The notes beneath the pieces are model-generated. The model did not search any database and was not told the DNA's origin. It worked only from the letters and a program-made list of their open reading frames with translations. Of a stretch of 64,000 nt of DNA, positions 31,191-44,490 are shown one piece after another. Source of the stretch: Lama glama (lineage: Eukaryota). Position numbers and translations under genes: made by a program. The stretch is taken from NCBI GenBank assembly GCA_028534125.1, contig CM052817.1, positions 66,032,001 through 66,096,000 on the forward strand, given 5' to 3'. Each line of letters opens with the position of its first letter. The first letter of the stretch is position 1.

Positions 31191-33139
31191 CTTCTAATAC
31201 AAGAAATGTAACCCTTAAATGCATTAAGCTCACAGAAATGCCTGGCAATCTGGCACACTGGTTCCAAGTCCTTCCACAAGCCTTGTTTGCCTAAAGATGA
31301 TTTTAAAATTTATAAGTAAAATGTTGGCTATTTTGTACATGTCCTTTTGAGTGTCTCTGAAATACAGAATTCTTTGGATTTCAAAGAATTTATTGGTTCC
31401 AGACTGTTTTTATCAGCAACAGGCATAGCAAATTAGAATTTAATTATGTGTTTAATTATATTTTTAAAACAATATTAAACATATACCTTTTATGACAGTT
31501 AAGAAGAATTTAAAATAGAAAAAAAACAATTCCTTTATGCATCTTGTATATACAATACTCAAAGGAAATTATATATAAACTACTAATAGGAAAACGAAGA
31601 CCTTCCTTTTCATCTCTAAAACATCTGGGATAGATGTGGATTTAACAGTGAGAACTTTGTGTCAAACTACATAAAAATGCAAACAGCAACATTAGAAACA
31701 TTAACAATCAAGTTTTCAGTTTTCTCCGTCAAGATATAATTTGTATGAGTGTGGAGAATTAGAAAAAATGGTAAAGTACAAAGACACAATGTGTATTTGC
31801 TTTGAGTAGAAAATATTTATGGATAATAAACTGTGTTGTATATAATACTGTCATGATACGGATGCTGAAATACCTGGAATTTTGAAACTCTAACATTAAA
31901 GTAATAGTACCTTTCTTTCTATGTGAAAAAACCACATAGTTATAGAACCTAAGCTTTGAAGGATTTTAATACAAACAATGAACAGATTTGTGCCGACATA
32001 GCTCAGCCAAGATCTGAGTTGTAAACTTTCTGAGAATCCAGGCTCCTTGCAATCACACATGTGCACATGCACACGCACACACCCCCACGCACACACAGAA
32101 TCTCCTCCCTTTCTCCATTCTAATTGTTGTTACATCCAGCATCTAGGCAAAATTTCCCAAACCAAGTGACAAAATTAAAAATGTAGGACCTCCGATATCC
32201 TGATATGACAGTTGGGAAACAATCGTATATTTGGATTGCAAAGGTTTCCTTTAGACATGGCACACTTGTAACAGAATGACCCAAGTCAGAGACTGCAGAC
32301 TACTGATATGGGGGAAAAATTTGCTAGATGAGAAAGTATCTATGAAGACTCAACAACTGTCAAAACTGAAACAAGTTCTAACTCAGTGAACTCACCAGAT
32401 TGGAATATTACTGAATTAAAGCTCCAAATGCACAGCTGTGTTTCTTGCACTACATTATTAGGAAGCAGTAATTACAACCTGGATCTTTTTTGTATTGAAA
32501 TAAACACATGTATTTGGAGGAAGTAAAATGCTTGCAAGATTGTTCCCTAGAAAGCTTAAGACTTCAAAATATGTTCCACTTACAAAGGCCTCTCAGGGCT
32601 GTATTTCTCAGGCAACTTAGAAGAACATGACCATTCACATCATTTACCTTTGCAGTCATGATGTCTTCTGATATACATGTGTAAGAAATATTGATATCAT
32701 GAAGTATTATCACTTCAGGTACAGAAAAGAAAATAGACACACAAGCACAAGCCTGTCCATGACTGAGCAGGATTATGTTTTTATGTTTTGGAAAGTGCAG
32801 TTATCAAACATACAAATGTTCACAGTCCTTTATAATTAAACAGGGTCTACTGTAAATAAGTATTCCAAGTAAAATAAATGTGGTCCTATCAGTAAGTCCA
32901 GTGTTGGGTATATGGTATATAGGTTTCTACATTCATATGTACACATAAACAGACATTTACCTATAATATATACAAACACGCATATACATGCACACACATA
33001 TTATTTAACAAAGACAACACATTTTGAGGGAAAGAAAGTTTTCACTATACTTGAATTCTTCCTAGGAAAATAAATGCTCATCAATTTCTTAAGAGATTCA
33101 TTGGGTTATGTATAATTTAAAATTCAACCAAGTCTTTTG

Positions 33140-33394
33140 CTTATGTCTGACACCTGCCTTCTCCTGACCATCTGTAAATTCTCCTCTCCCATTTTATATA
33201 CCAGATTGTGTAGTCATATATAATGCTATAATCACTCATCAACTGCCTTTCTCTCATTCTACGGTAGAACTGGTAAAACAGTAAGAAATACTTTATATGA
33301 ATATTTAGCTTGAAACCTAGCAAATAGAAGGCCACTCGGTAAGTATTTGTTGGATTAACTAAGTGAATGAATGAATGAATGAATAAATAAATAA
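33140..33394 (+). mobile_element. L2 3' end with (TGAA)n tail
   Basis: cactcggtaagtatttgttggattaactaagtgaatgaatgaatgaatgaataaataaataa. Confidence 0.6.
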
Positions 33395-33524
33395 GCACTT
33401 AATTCTAACTTCTCATCCTGATGTTTCAATCACAACAGTGGTGCTTCAACAACAGTAAACAGAATTCCTCTCATCATCTCACAGGCCTTTTCAGGGAGAT
33501 TCTCTCTTAGTGACTAAAGCTGTA

Positions 33525-34115
33525 ATTGACCAAACAAGGCTTCTGCATAGGGAAATAAACCATCATCAAAATGAAAAGTCAACCTACTGAATACAAGAAC
33601 ATATCTGCAAGTTATGTATTCAACAAGGGGTTAAGATCCCAAATATGAAAGAACTCATACAACTTGACAGCAAAAACACCCAATCTGATTTTAAAAAAAT
33701 GGGCAGATGATCTGAACATACATTTTCCCAAAGACATACAGATGTCTAACAGACACATAAAAAGACACTCAATATCATTTAGTATCAGGGAAATGCAAAT
33801 CAAAACTACCATGAGATATCACTTCACACCCGTTAGAATGGCTATCATCAAAAAGACAAGAACAACAAATATTGGAGAGGATACGGAGAAAGGGAACTGC
33901 TGGCAGGACTGTAAACTGATGCAGCCACTATGGAAAACAATATGGAGATTATTCAAAAAAGTAGGAATAGAACTACCACATAACCCACCTAGTCCACCTC
34001 TGGGTATTTATCCAAAGAACACAAAAACACTAATTTGAAAAGATACATGCCCCTGCTGTGTTCATTGCAGCATTATTTACAATAGCCAAGATATGGAAAC
34101 AACTCAAGTGTCCAC
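33525..34115 (+). mobile_element. L1 ORF2 C-terminal fragment, disabled
   Basis: ORF 33664-34038 gives [23 protein letters not shown]...[24 protein letters not shown]...QPLWKTIWRLFKK...LLGIYPK-like L1 ORF2p motifs, with indels and stops. Confidence 0.95.
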
Positions 34116-34744
34116 CAGATCCCTTAGTGCAAAGATACTGATTGTTCTTCAGTATTCAACTACCAGGTATCCTAATATAGACAGATAAGCATTGCAGCAC
34201 AATAGTGTGACTTTGTGATAGCCTCTTCCAACTGGCACTTTTCAAGAGCTGTATTTGCTTCCCATCCTGACCCATTCATGCTTTGCAAAAGTAAACCTTG
34301 ACTTGAATAAACAACTAGGGAGTTTGGCACTGTGCTGTCAGGTGAAGAAAGTGAATCTAAAGGCAGCAGTAATGTAAACTGAGCCCTTAGGAGTTAGTCA
34401 CAAGCTAGTCAGTCTCTACTTTAATCCCTGGGCCAAGTGTTGAGTTAATTGCTCCCTTCTGTATTATGTATTATTCCCAGTGTCATCCACAAGGCAGGGG
34501 TAAAAAGGGCAGCAGGAAAAGGGAGAGGTAGAAAAGGACGGAATTAAAACATTGGTAGATAATGCTTTTAGAGTGACAGTATTTTTTTTTTTTCAGGCAA
34601 ATAGGACAAGAAAGGAAAGTAAGAAGATAACAAATAGAGAATTGGGAAAAAATGGAAGAAAAAGTCCAAGGAATGGGAAAAAGACAAAAAGATATTTACA
34701 GATATTCAAAGTCTATATTTGGAATCATTGATCACTGGTCTTGG

Positions 34745-34746
34745 AA

Positions 34747-34803
<57 letters not shown>

Positions 34804-34809
34804 TTTTTT
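34745..34809. repeat. Compound microsatellite: A run, (AT)18, (AC)6, T run
   Basis: Read directly: (AT)18 at 34755-34790 and (AC)6 at 34791-34802. Confidence 0.97.
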
Positions 34810-35204
34810 CTCCATTAAAATTTTTTTCAGCCACAAAAAGTAATTCAATACCCATAAAATCATACTGATTTGAGTTATAAAAGACTTTAATCAAAGTATC
34901 TTGACAATTCTTGAACCTTAAATTCTAACAATTTTTAGGAACCGTGTATCATAAATCAAAAAACAAATTTACTCTATCAGTCAGTTTTTTCCTCTCCAGA
35001 AATGGATCTTAAATTTTATCTATCCCCATCTGTATCTACTTTTAGACCAACATCACCTCTACCTGAATTATAGTTTTCACTGACTGTACAATATATAATT
35101 ATTTTGTAAGTCTCCAAAAAAGAAAAAAAAATACTGCCAATTTTAATTTATAACTTCATCAATTGTAAGATGCATCTCAATTTCAGAAAAATCTTCATTT
35201 TTTA

Positions 35205-35620
35205 GTGGACGAACCCTCCCAACTGGCTCTCTGCCTCCTATCTCGTGTCCCAGCTTCCTCTCCACTCTTCACTCTGCCACTGAATTATCTGCCGGTACTA
35301 GCAGTGCCCAGCTAAAAGCCACTTGTCTCCTTCTGCCTGTGTTAAGTGAAATCTAAATTAGATATTAATAGCATGCAAAGTTTTTCACAAAGTAGACCCA
35401 ATCAGAGCTCTAGTCTCACTTTCTGTCACTCCCATAACATTATTCTATTCTAAAAATCACAACAAGGGCCTCTATTTTCCATAACTACAGCATGCTCTTT
35501 TCAAGACTTACTATGCATGATATGAACCATCCCTTTCCATGAACTGTCTCTCCTCCCCACCTTCCTCATCTAGGAAAATTCTACTCATACTTCATAACTT
35601 GTCATTTATGAAGCATTTTC
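35205..35620 (+). mobile_element. L2 fragment, degraded
   Basis: cctcccaactggctctctgcctcc...cttcactctgccactgaattatct...tctaggaaaattctactcatacttca. Confidence 0.5.
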
Positions 35621-38074
35621 AATACACAAAGTTATTCCAAGGTGCACATGGGTATGGATAATTCTGTAAGAATCAGTTCCCAGATCTTCAATTCCCAAAT
35701 CTCCTTTTTCTTAAAAGGAAAAAACATCTTGAAAACACTTTGTTTCTTCTTTCCCATCCAAACCCACCCCCAACACCTTTTCTTTCACAATTGTTCTACT
35801 CTACTTTACAAATCTTATAAGGATGCATTGCTCAGGGCTTACAAACCTCCAGATCACCCAGCACCTGGAGCCAACTCAGAGCTCTAGTCTGGAGAAAGAG
35901 TCCTGTAAGAACCAAGTAAGAAATGTGCAAGGCAGAATCTTGGTTCATCTGGCCACTAACTCATAGCCAGATTCCATGCCATTATCTACTATAGGTCAGA
36001 CTGTTTATCTCTCAGTCCACCTAACTTAGAATTAGAAATCAGAAATGAGAAGCTTGGGGAAAGAGGTATAGTTTATTTAAACTGAAAAATGAAGTCAAAG
36101 TTTTTCTTACCAAAAGTTAAGTCTGATTTGGCTTATTGGTTTGACAAATAAAGACTAGCTTTACTTACTAGATAATGTGGTAGACATTTTACAATTTGAA
36201 ATAAATCTAGTGCTAGAGGCTTTGACCAAAAAGATACATAGATATTTAAAGCACATTTATAACACACCATAGGCAAAAGATGGTATCTTTTACACATGCA
36301 TTATAATACTTACATAGCTTGCTATAAATACTTGTTATATGTCTGTCTCCCTCCATTGGACCATTATTTACCAATAAACTTAAACTGTGTGTTAGTCATC
36401 TCTTATTCTCTTAAATATCTCATTTATTCTAGGTGTTCAATAAATTTTTGATAGATTATTGGATCAACCAGAGCTATAATGAAATCTCCTTGTTAAAAAT
36501 TCCTATCAGGACACAGTAGGAATCACATTGCCGAATAAATAAAAGAACCCCTTCCAACCAGAATGCTCATTCCCTCCTGAATTACCATTTCATATTACCT
36601 GTAACTCACTCAGCATTCTATGCTTAAAAAAAAAAAAAGTGTACTTCTTATTTTCTCTAGGACTCAAAAGCTCCCCAAGGTTAAGACCCATATCAGATGG
36701 ACCTCGGTCATCACCTGAGCACCTAAGGTCAACCTTACTCAACATTTTTGAGTGAATTACTAATTTAAAATAAACACATCAGTCTTTGCTCTTTGAAACA
36801 CTGGTAGCTAACTTAATCTTACTGCCCATGTGCTTTGGCTCAGGATGGAAAGGGTAATTCCTAAAAAGAAAAAAGTGCTGTCAGTATATGAATATGATGC
36901 CACTGACTCACCACGAGCAGAGCAGGCATGCTGAGTTATTTTTTCCAGTAGTAATGATGAATTGTGCTGACTGAGCCATTTGGTTCCTCCTGGGACCAAT
37001 GGCACACATTTTTTTTTTTAATATAGCCTGCCAGGATTTAGGATATAATTTTTGGCCACTGAATAGGGTTAGTTTTTTTTTTCTTTAAAAATAATTGTAG
37101 CTATTTCACTCAAAGTGACAATACTAGGAACGAAAGAAAATAACCAAGAGCATATGCAATAGTGATAAATGCTTACTCTCTTGTTGGGAGACTTTGGACC
37201 TTCTGATCATCTCTAATTCCTTCACACATGAGTCAGTTTTGGTCTCAATATCTTATGACTGACCACATGTATACCAAACACGTACGAGCTGATTTATACG
37301 CTTTCCTTTGAGTTGCTTGCTGGTCCCACCACAGATCAGCTTCATAGAAAAGGGAATATCTGCTGCTTTTTAATTTCTATATAAAACCTCCTTCCTAACA
37401 CTCTTGAGTTTAAATTCATTTCATGATCTTATGTAAAAAATTCTACTATTGTGTTTGTTCATTGATTCTGAAAATGTCAATTTTAAAAACTGATGTTAGT
37501 CTATTTTTAATAGGATAGATTCTGGTATTCCAACAGCAGAAAAGAAATCCTCAGTAAATACAAGAAGCACACTATACATTTACTAATGTGTATTAAAATA
37601 CTGATTACTTAAACTTAACAATGAAATAAAATCAGGCTGCTTTCTTCACATTCATTTGAAGGATTTGAATGTAAATTGACATCCTGCTTCCAGGCGATGT
37701 TGTCAACATGAAACATCACAATGACATTTTAAAACTCACAACTACCTCATTATCTCTTAATTTCTTATTTCTTATTTATTCATTTATTTGTCAGTTATGC
37801 TGCTCTCTCCCAAAATAAACTATCTAAACTCAACGTGAACTCCAAAAATAAGGTCTGGGTTTTTTTGGTTTGTTTTTTTTTTTAAACCTATGCCTACTTT
37901 CAAAAGAAAGGCCACCTTGCCAATAAGTAAACTTGAAGTCACTATACCTAAAATATAAATGAATCTTCAAAAACTTACATTAAAAAAAATTTTAACATAT
38001 GCAGACATAAAGAATGGCTATCTAGAAACATGAATAAGGCAGTAAGCAGGTAAGAAGGATTTTAAACTTGACAT

Positions 38075-38166
38075 TAGAGTAGCCAACCATCCTGGATTGC
38101 CTGGAAGTGGGGAGGATGTTTCCCCGATGCAGGTCTTTCTAAAGCACTAAAACCAGAAAAGTCTCC
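38075..38166. mobile_element. MER81-like hAT-Blackjack MITE fragment
   Basis: tagagtagccaaccatcctggattgcctggaagtggggagg...gcaggtctttctaaagcactaaaaccagaaaagtc. Confidence 0.6.
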
Positions 38167-39979
38167 CCCCTCGACATAGCAAGCTGAAACTTCAGCTTCT
38201 CCCTTTATATGGAAGTAAACTAAAAGTAAATCAGAAATATTTTGAATAGAAAATAAATGTATGCCTTTAACAATTTGATTTTCTATAATACTTTAGAATA
38301 ATGCTCTTTTTTTTGGTCTGCATATTTTAAGGAAAATTGTAAATAAATAAACGCTAAGAAGTCTTTTGAAAATCCACCCTGTAATTTAGGGAATTTAGTC
38401 TACAATGTTTATTTTTTATTTTCTATCATCAAGTTAACTGGCCTTTATGTGTGAGTTTAAACATCAAGAAATTAAATAAAATGAACTAAATTATTAAGAA
38501 TTTAACTCAAATGAAAATTTTGTTAAGTCCTAATCTAGAAATTTTCAGGTCTGTTTTAATGAAATGCTTTAGGTTAAGTAAAGTTCCTATTCATCAATTT
38601 TTATTTTTTGTATTGCAAATTGCTAGTAAATTGCTTGGCAAATTATTAAAAGTAATGGAAAGCCCATCCATTTTAACACGAGTTAAGGGAGTTAATAGTT
38701 AGGGTAGCAAGAAATTTACATGTTCAAAGTGAAAAATGTACAAAGATAAATATTAGCATGGCATGATTACCTTTCACTGAGTCATAGCTTTTTGCCTGAA
38801 AACCAAATTATCCTCTGGTTTGCTTTCTAATCATGAACTCAGAGAGTCAGAATATTATTCCAAAATTACTAAATCAGCAAAGAATTCATTTGCTTAAAAG
38901 AAATGGGAAGACTTCACTGGAGTTATTTACAAATATTTACTGCAAACAGGCTTTGTTTACAACAAACTTTTCAATCATACATATGTTACTAGTGAATGAA
39001 CGTTAAGAAAAGTCGACTTTTTAAGATATAAATTATTAATGCATGAAAGATGCTCTGTGAGATATGATCAAAATAATAAAACTTTTTAAAAAGTATATAC
39101 CTGAATTTAAACTGCCCAAATTATACATAAGTTATACAATTCAAGAAACTAAACCCTTTTACAAGCTAAGTCTGTCTAACTCATTTTGGGGGGTAGGGGG
39201 GCTGAAGTGCCTTAGAAGAAAATTGAAATGAAAATGACTTTTTGAAGGCATCTCATTTGGGACTCAAAGAACACTACTGAGGTTGACCATTCTCTCTACC
39301 AGTCAGCTTCAGTCTACTCCACTTCATATTTTGAAAGGGTTACCAGACCTATTCATACACACACAAAAGCAGAATTATATATATGGTCATACACATATAC
39401 AGATACACAATGCATGCATTTGCATCAGTGTTAGCACTAACATGAATATAAAATCATGTGCAATGGAGAATGACTGCTAATTAAAACCTTCTCCCTGCAC
39501 TAGACTATAAGACTCATGAGGGCAGGGGTTGCTTATATTTCTCTGCCAAATCCCTAAAGCCTGTTAAGATGCTCAGTAAATACGTTAGTATTTTAGTTAA
39601 CAACTAGTTGAAATAATCAGATTTCTTCTTGGTAGCAGTTTCTCATATAACTAATATTTACCCCCAAATAACACAGTATAATTGTTTTTGACAGCCAACT
39701 TGTCTAAAATTGTTTTACTTTATGTGTAGCAAGGAACTTCCCCCACTGACGTTACAGAGAAGGTAATACATTTAACTAAAATGACCATTAACTCTTTTAG
39801 TAATAATATATCCTTTGCACTGTGCAGGGTCCACATGACTTTCCAATAAAATCAACCATTTTTCTGGATTTAAATTTAAATCTATGTTTTAGCTTGAAAG
39901 GATCTAAAAAAAGACAGTGAGTTAAAAAGTTAATTTGCCATGACTTGACTATATAAGACCACTATATTACCACAGCTGA

Positions 39980-40590
39980 TGATTCATTCAAATAACACAG
40001 AAAGAACATGAACCCTGCCAGGCACGGGGCCAGACACCGATAAAACAAAGGGAATAAGATAGACACCAGCCCTGGACTCACAGCATCTGTAGTACTGTAG
40101 AGTATCTAGATGAAAGTAACAAAGGACCGAATAAAATAAGCATGAATGATGGCAAGAACAATGAATGAAAGGGGGTACAAAGAGAGTAAAAGGGGAAATC
40201 AGCTTTCAATAGCATGGTCACGGCAGGCTCTGCTGAGGAAGCGACATTTCAGTCAAGACCTGAAGGATGAGAAAAACTCGGTCATGTGAAAAGCAGAAGG
40301 AAGCATGTTCTAGGCAAAGAAAACAGCAAGAGCAGAAGCCTGAGGTGACAAAGAGCTTAGCATTTAGAAGAACTGAAAGAAATCTTGTTGACTTGAGCAA
40401 AGTTGAAGGGGGCTGGGGTGGGGACACCAGCTATGGTTGAAGAAGTAGGCATCAAAGAATATATGTTCAAGTGCAGGGAGCCATTGAAGAGTTTAGGTAG
40501 GCGACTGCTTAGATTCAACCGCTGTCTCTCCTTGCCATGTGGAGAATGAGAGTGAGGAGCAAACACGGGAGCTGATGGTGGCTAAACTCT
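39980..40590 (-). mobile_element. L2 3' portion
   Basis: attcattcaa...tgccaggcacggggcca...ctgaggaagcgacatttcagtcaagacctgaaggatgag...ttctaggcaaagaaaacagca...gggagccattgaagagttt. Confidence 0.8.
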
Positions 40591-40642
40591 TGCCTTGATA
40601 CATTCATTACGTTTCACCATCGGTATAAGGCAAGGGAGCACC

Positions 40643-40897
40643 TTTGTTAATTGAAGCATATTTGATTTATAATATTACATTAGTTTCAGGTATACAGCAT
40701 AGTGAGTCAGTATTTTTATAGCTTAGACTCCATCAAAAGTTATTACAAGATAATGGTTATATTTCCCTGTGCTGTAAAATGTATCCTTGTTGCTCATAAA
40801 CTTTAAACACAGTAGTTTGTATCTCTAGATTCCATACCCGTACCTTGCCCCTCCTCTCTTTCCTCTCTACAAGGTAACTTGTTTCCGTATCTGTGAG
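40643..40897 (-). mobile_element. 5'-truncated L1 3' end
   Basis: ttaattgaagcatatttgatttataatattacattagtttcaggtatacagcatagtga...tttccctgtgctgta...tatctgtgag. Candidate TSD gggagca at 40634-40640 and 40900-40906. Confidence 0.85.
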
Positions 40898-41019
40898 AGG
40901 GGAGCATTTTTTAAAACTGTTTCTTTTTCCCTGAATCTGAATATTTTTTTCAACCACCCCTGATTTTTCTATTACCAACACATTATTTCAAATAAGCATA
41001 ATCAATTTGTCCCTAAGGA

Positions 41020-41242
41020 AAGCTCTGGGGTCAGAATGTCAGTTTTTAAAATCTTGGCTCTTCTGCTTACTAATTTTATAAAGATTCTAGTTTTCGTGTT
41101 CTCACCTGTAAAGTTGGGGTAAGAATAGAACTTATTTTCTAGAGATATTATGAAGATTATATCACATAATCTGCGTAAACCTCTTAGAACAGTAGACTAA
41201 TAAGAATTAAATAAAATAATCCATATAAAGCACTTAGCAACT
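41020..41242 (+). mobile_element. MIR SINE
   Basis: gctctggggtcaga...aatcttggctct...ttctcacctgtaaagttgggg...tataaagcacttagcaac. Confidence 0.65.
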
Positions 41243-41878
41243 GGATCATTATAATCAGAATAGTCATTATTATTTTAGTAATAATTATTATAAAAAAGCA
41301 GTCTCAGAAGTCCTCCTTCATTGGCTACCCTTTTTCTATTAGTTTGTTCACATCCAGCAGAAAATACCACAACTGCAATTGTGGTTTCCCAACTAATTAG
41401 ATCTATGTGCATATGGTAACAGTTTCCTGTGAGTGAGTAAATATAACATTATCATTGTGTTATCTGACTCGTCCGAATTAGCTTTATCCAGCATTTGGGG
41501 AGTGGAGGACTTGGGTGTTAATGTGGGGATTCAATTATTGAGTAGTTAAACAAAGTCCACACAAGAAAGCATAAAAAACATAATACAAGACAAGTTTATA
41601 TTAGAGAAGGCAAACCAGCAATGAGCTTACTTAAAGATTAGGTTCACCACCATCAACATATATTTTAGAAGTATTTTATCCATACTAATCCTAACAGATT
41701 CTTAGCTTCTTAATTTAGGCCTTCATAATACCATATATTAGGTCTGTAATGACCACAAATTTGCTTTCGTTTTTGTAGGTTTTGAATAGAGCTCAAATTC
41801 TTGAAAGAATGATCATGTCTGCTTTTGCTCTGTGGTGTCCCCATTGCCTAGATCAAAGTCAGAGTCTTGGTAGGCAAC

Positions 41879-42251
41879 TGTGGTAGATACTCTAGTGTGT
41901 TGCCCAGATCCCCCAGCTCCCTTCTGAATCAAGGCTCTCCTTCCCCCAGCTTCCAAGGATACTGGCTGCTGACTACTCACAACTGCACCACTCACATGTG
42001 CACCATTTCTCTGGTCATGCAGGACTGCACAGGTCCAGTCGTCTCGCCTCCATTCTGGACAACTCTGAAGGGCCATCTAGATCCAGAGCTCACGATAGGA
42101 TCAGCTCACACATCTCTCTTGGTTCAACATCTCCCTCTTTCCAATTTTCACTCCCTTCAGCACCCCCACAGTGTAGACTGTGAGAGTGCTCACCAGTAGA
42201 CCTCCTACACACAAATCCTACTCTGTTTCCCAGCAACTCACCCCTAAGACA
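41879..42251 (+). mobile_element. ERVL solo LTR (LTR16 family)
   Basis: TG...CA termini, with gcccagatcccc, tggctgctgactactcacaactgc, ggacaactctgaagg, tccagagctcacgataggatcag and a ctctgtttcccagcaactcacccctaagaca end. Confidence 0.8.
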
Positions 42252-44355
42252 TCACCCAACAAATACTGTGGAATAAATGAATGACTTTGACACTAACTAG
42301 ATCCATATATATCTTCTTTCTAAAGAACACATCCTAAAGTATAAACCAGAAGTTAAATTGATAATAAAGATGTGTGAACAAGCTTTAAAAACACAGTCAC
42401 CATTTCATTTCACTATTTTGTATTTAATGTTAAGTAGTCAAACAAAAATAATTACTACCTGAACTGACTTAATATCTTATTCTTCACTCTGAGACTGCAA
42501 ACCATCTAAAAGGCTGATGACATTAATTCTATAGGTATCTCAAGAAAATTATTTTTCTTTTTATAATGAAAATAATGGGAGGTTAAAATAGATGTCTTGG
42601 ACCAGTTCATTTCTTTTAAACCTCCACACCCAACTACTACTAATATTTCCTTACAGGCCAAAATGATTTAATTCAAGAAATAAAGAATTCAGTTTCATTA
42701 AGACAAGTTAATATCTTATCTTTAAGCTAAAAGAGTAGCTTATAAACTTTTGAGTTTAATTCTAATTTAGTATATAAACTGATAGAAAAGGAATATACAA
42801 TGAAGAAAGTTTTAGTTTGAAGATGAAAAACAATGGAAAATTCTAAAAATGGAGGTGTGGGAAATACATTCAAGCTTATTTTCCTTCATATAAAATACTT
42901 ATATCCTGGGGCTATGGACACTCTTAAAGTGCATAGCTTAAAGAGTTGGGATTCAAAAATCATAGTTTTTCTACTTAAAAAAATCAATATTTATCTCAGA
43001 CCACAAGCTAGAATCTTAATTGTTTTGGTGGGAAGCGCTTCAACTTTAATGGATGTAGAAAGAGAATCTACTCTGCTCACCAGAAACTAGAATTATGTTC
43101 TCAAATACATCCTATCATCTATCCCTCAACTAGCCTTCTGAGACTTAATTCTCTCCCTGACCTAAGACGTTTCGAATGTCTTACACAATTATTACTTTAC
43201 TGGCACTTTGATGACTCAGAATTATTTTTAGGATCAAAACTCTAACATAACCATCCTCCCATTTGCCAGTACGCCCTAGCATAACTGTAACATACATATC
43301 TATGGCTGACAATCAAATTAACTTTCTCCAGCTACAAATGCTATATATTCAAAGAAAGTTTACTGAAGGTCAGGAAACAGGTTGTGAGGAGTTACTGGAT
43401 CCCATCAGCAGAACTTTAAACAAACGTTCATTCCTGCCAGTAACTGGGAGAGGTCCTGTGTGTCACTTAGGCTGTTCGGCTCCCTTGCACTTTGTTATAT
43501 GCAAATACAAACATCACTCTTGTCAGAAGCAAATAAATAAGTCATTTTTGTAAAAAGTAACAGTCTCACTCAACTCTACTTCCCAACAAAATTTAAACAT
43601 TTTGTTTACTATCATTCCTTAAAGCACTAACGCACTCTGATGGCACTGCGGATCACTCCCTTCCTCTTTCTCAGTAACGCCAACATCTCAATAGTCTACT
43701 TTAAAGCAAACAAACATAACAAGAAGCAAAACAACAACAACATCAACATCAACAATAATAAATAATACAAAATTCTGTGTTTACAGAGAGAAGAAAAGCA
43801 ATTCCAGAAGAAAATAATTCTACCCAGGTATAGGAGAGGATCTAGAGCGAGTTAGGATATTTAATTATCACAGTTTGGAAGCGAGAAGCAGCAATGGAGA
43901 AACGCAAGTAAACAGTAAACATGAGAGTGATAGTTAAACACAAATTCATGCATAGATAGGAAAATGCAAAAAAATGATGATTCACCTCTGCTTTACCAAC
44001 TCTTCTCCAATCATATATTAAGATAAATATCTATCATATATCATATGTTAAGATAAAATATGAAGACACATGAAGACATACTAAGGTTCAAAGCTGCTAT
44101 GGGCCTTGTACACAGAATAGGCACTCAGTACAAGAAGGTGATATTCCAACACTGGCTAAAACTAACTTGTCAAAATCACCATTCCTTCAGGTAATCAGTT
44201 ACAACAGGGATTCCATATACATGGCAAGCCAGTCCAAAATCTCACTCATTAGGCACGACAAAAGTTAAAATGTAGCTCCCTTGTGGTGGCACTGGTGGTG
44301 GGCTCAAACACATTTTACTGTGCACTGACATCAGGTGGATCTTCAGTGAATGTAC

Positions 44356-44490
44356 GGAGGGGAAGGATATAGCTCAGTGGTAGAGCACTTGCTTAGCATG
44401 CATAAGGTCTGAGTTTAATCTCCAGTACTGCCATTAAAAAAATAAACAAATAAACCTAATTACCCACCTCAGATTTTTAAGAATAAAAAA
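44356..44490 (+). mobile_element. Camelid tRNA-Ala-derived SINE, copy 4 (more diverged)
   Basis: ggaggggaaggatatagctcagtggtagagcacttgcttagcatgcataaggtctgagtttaatctccagtac...aaataaacctaattaccc. Confidence 0.88.
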
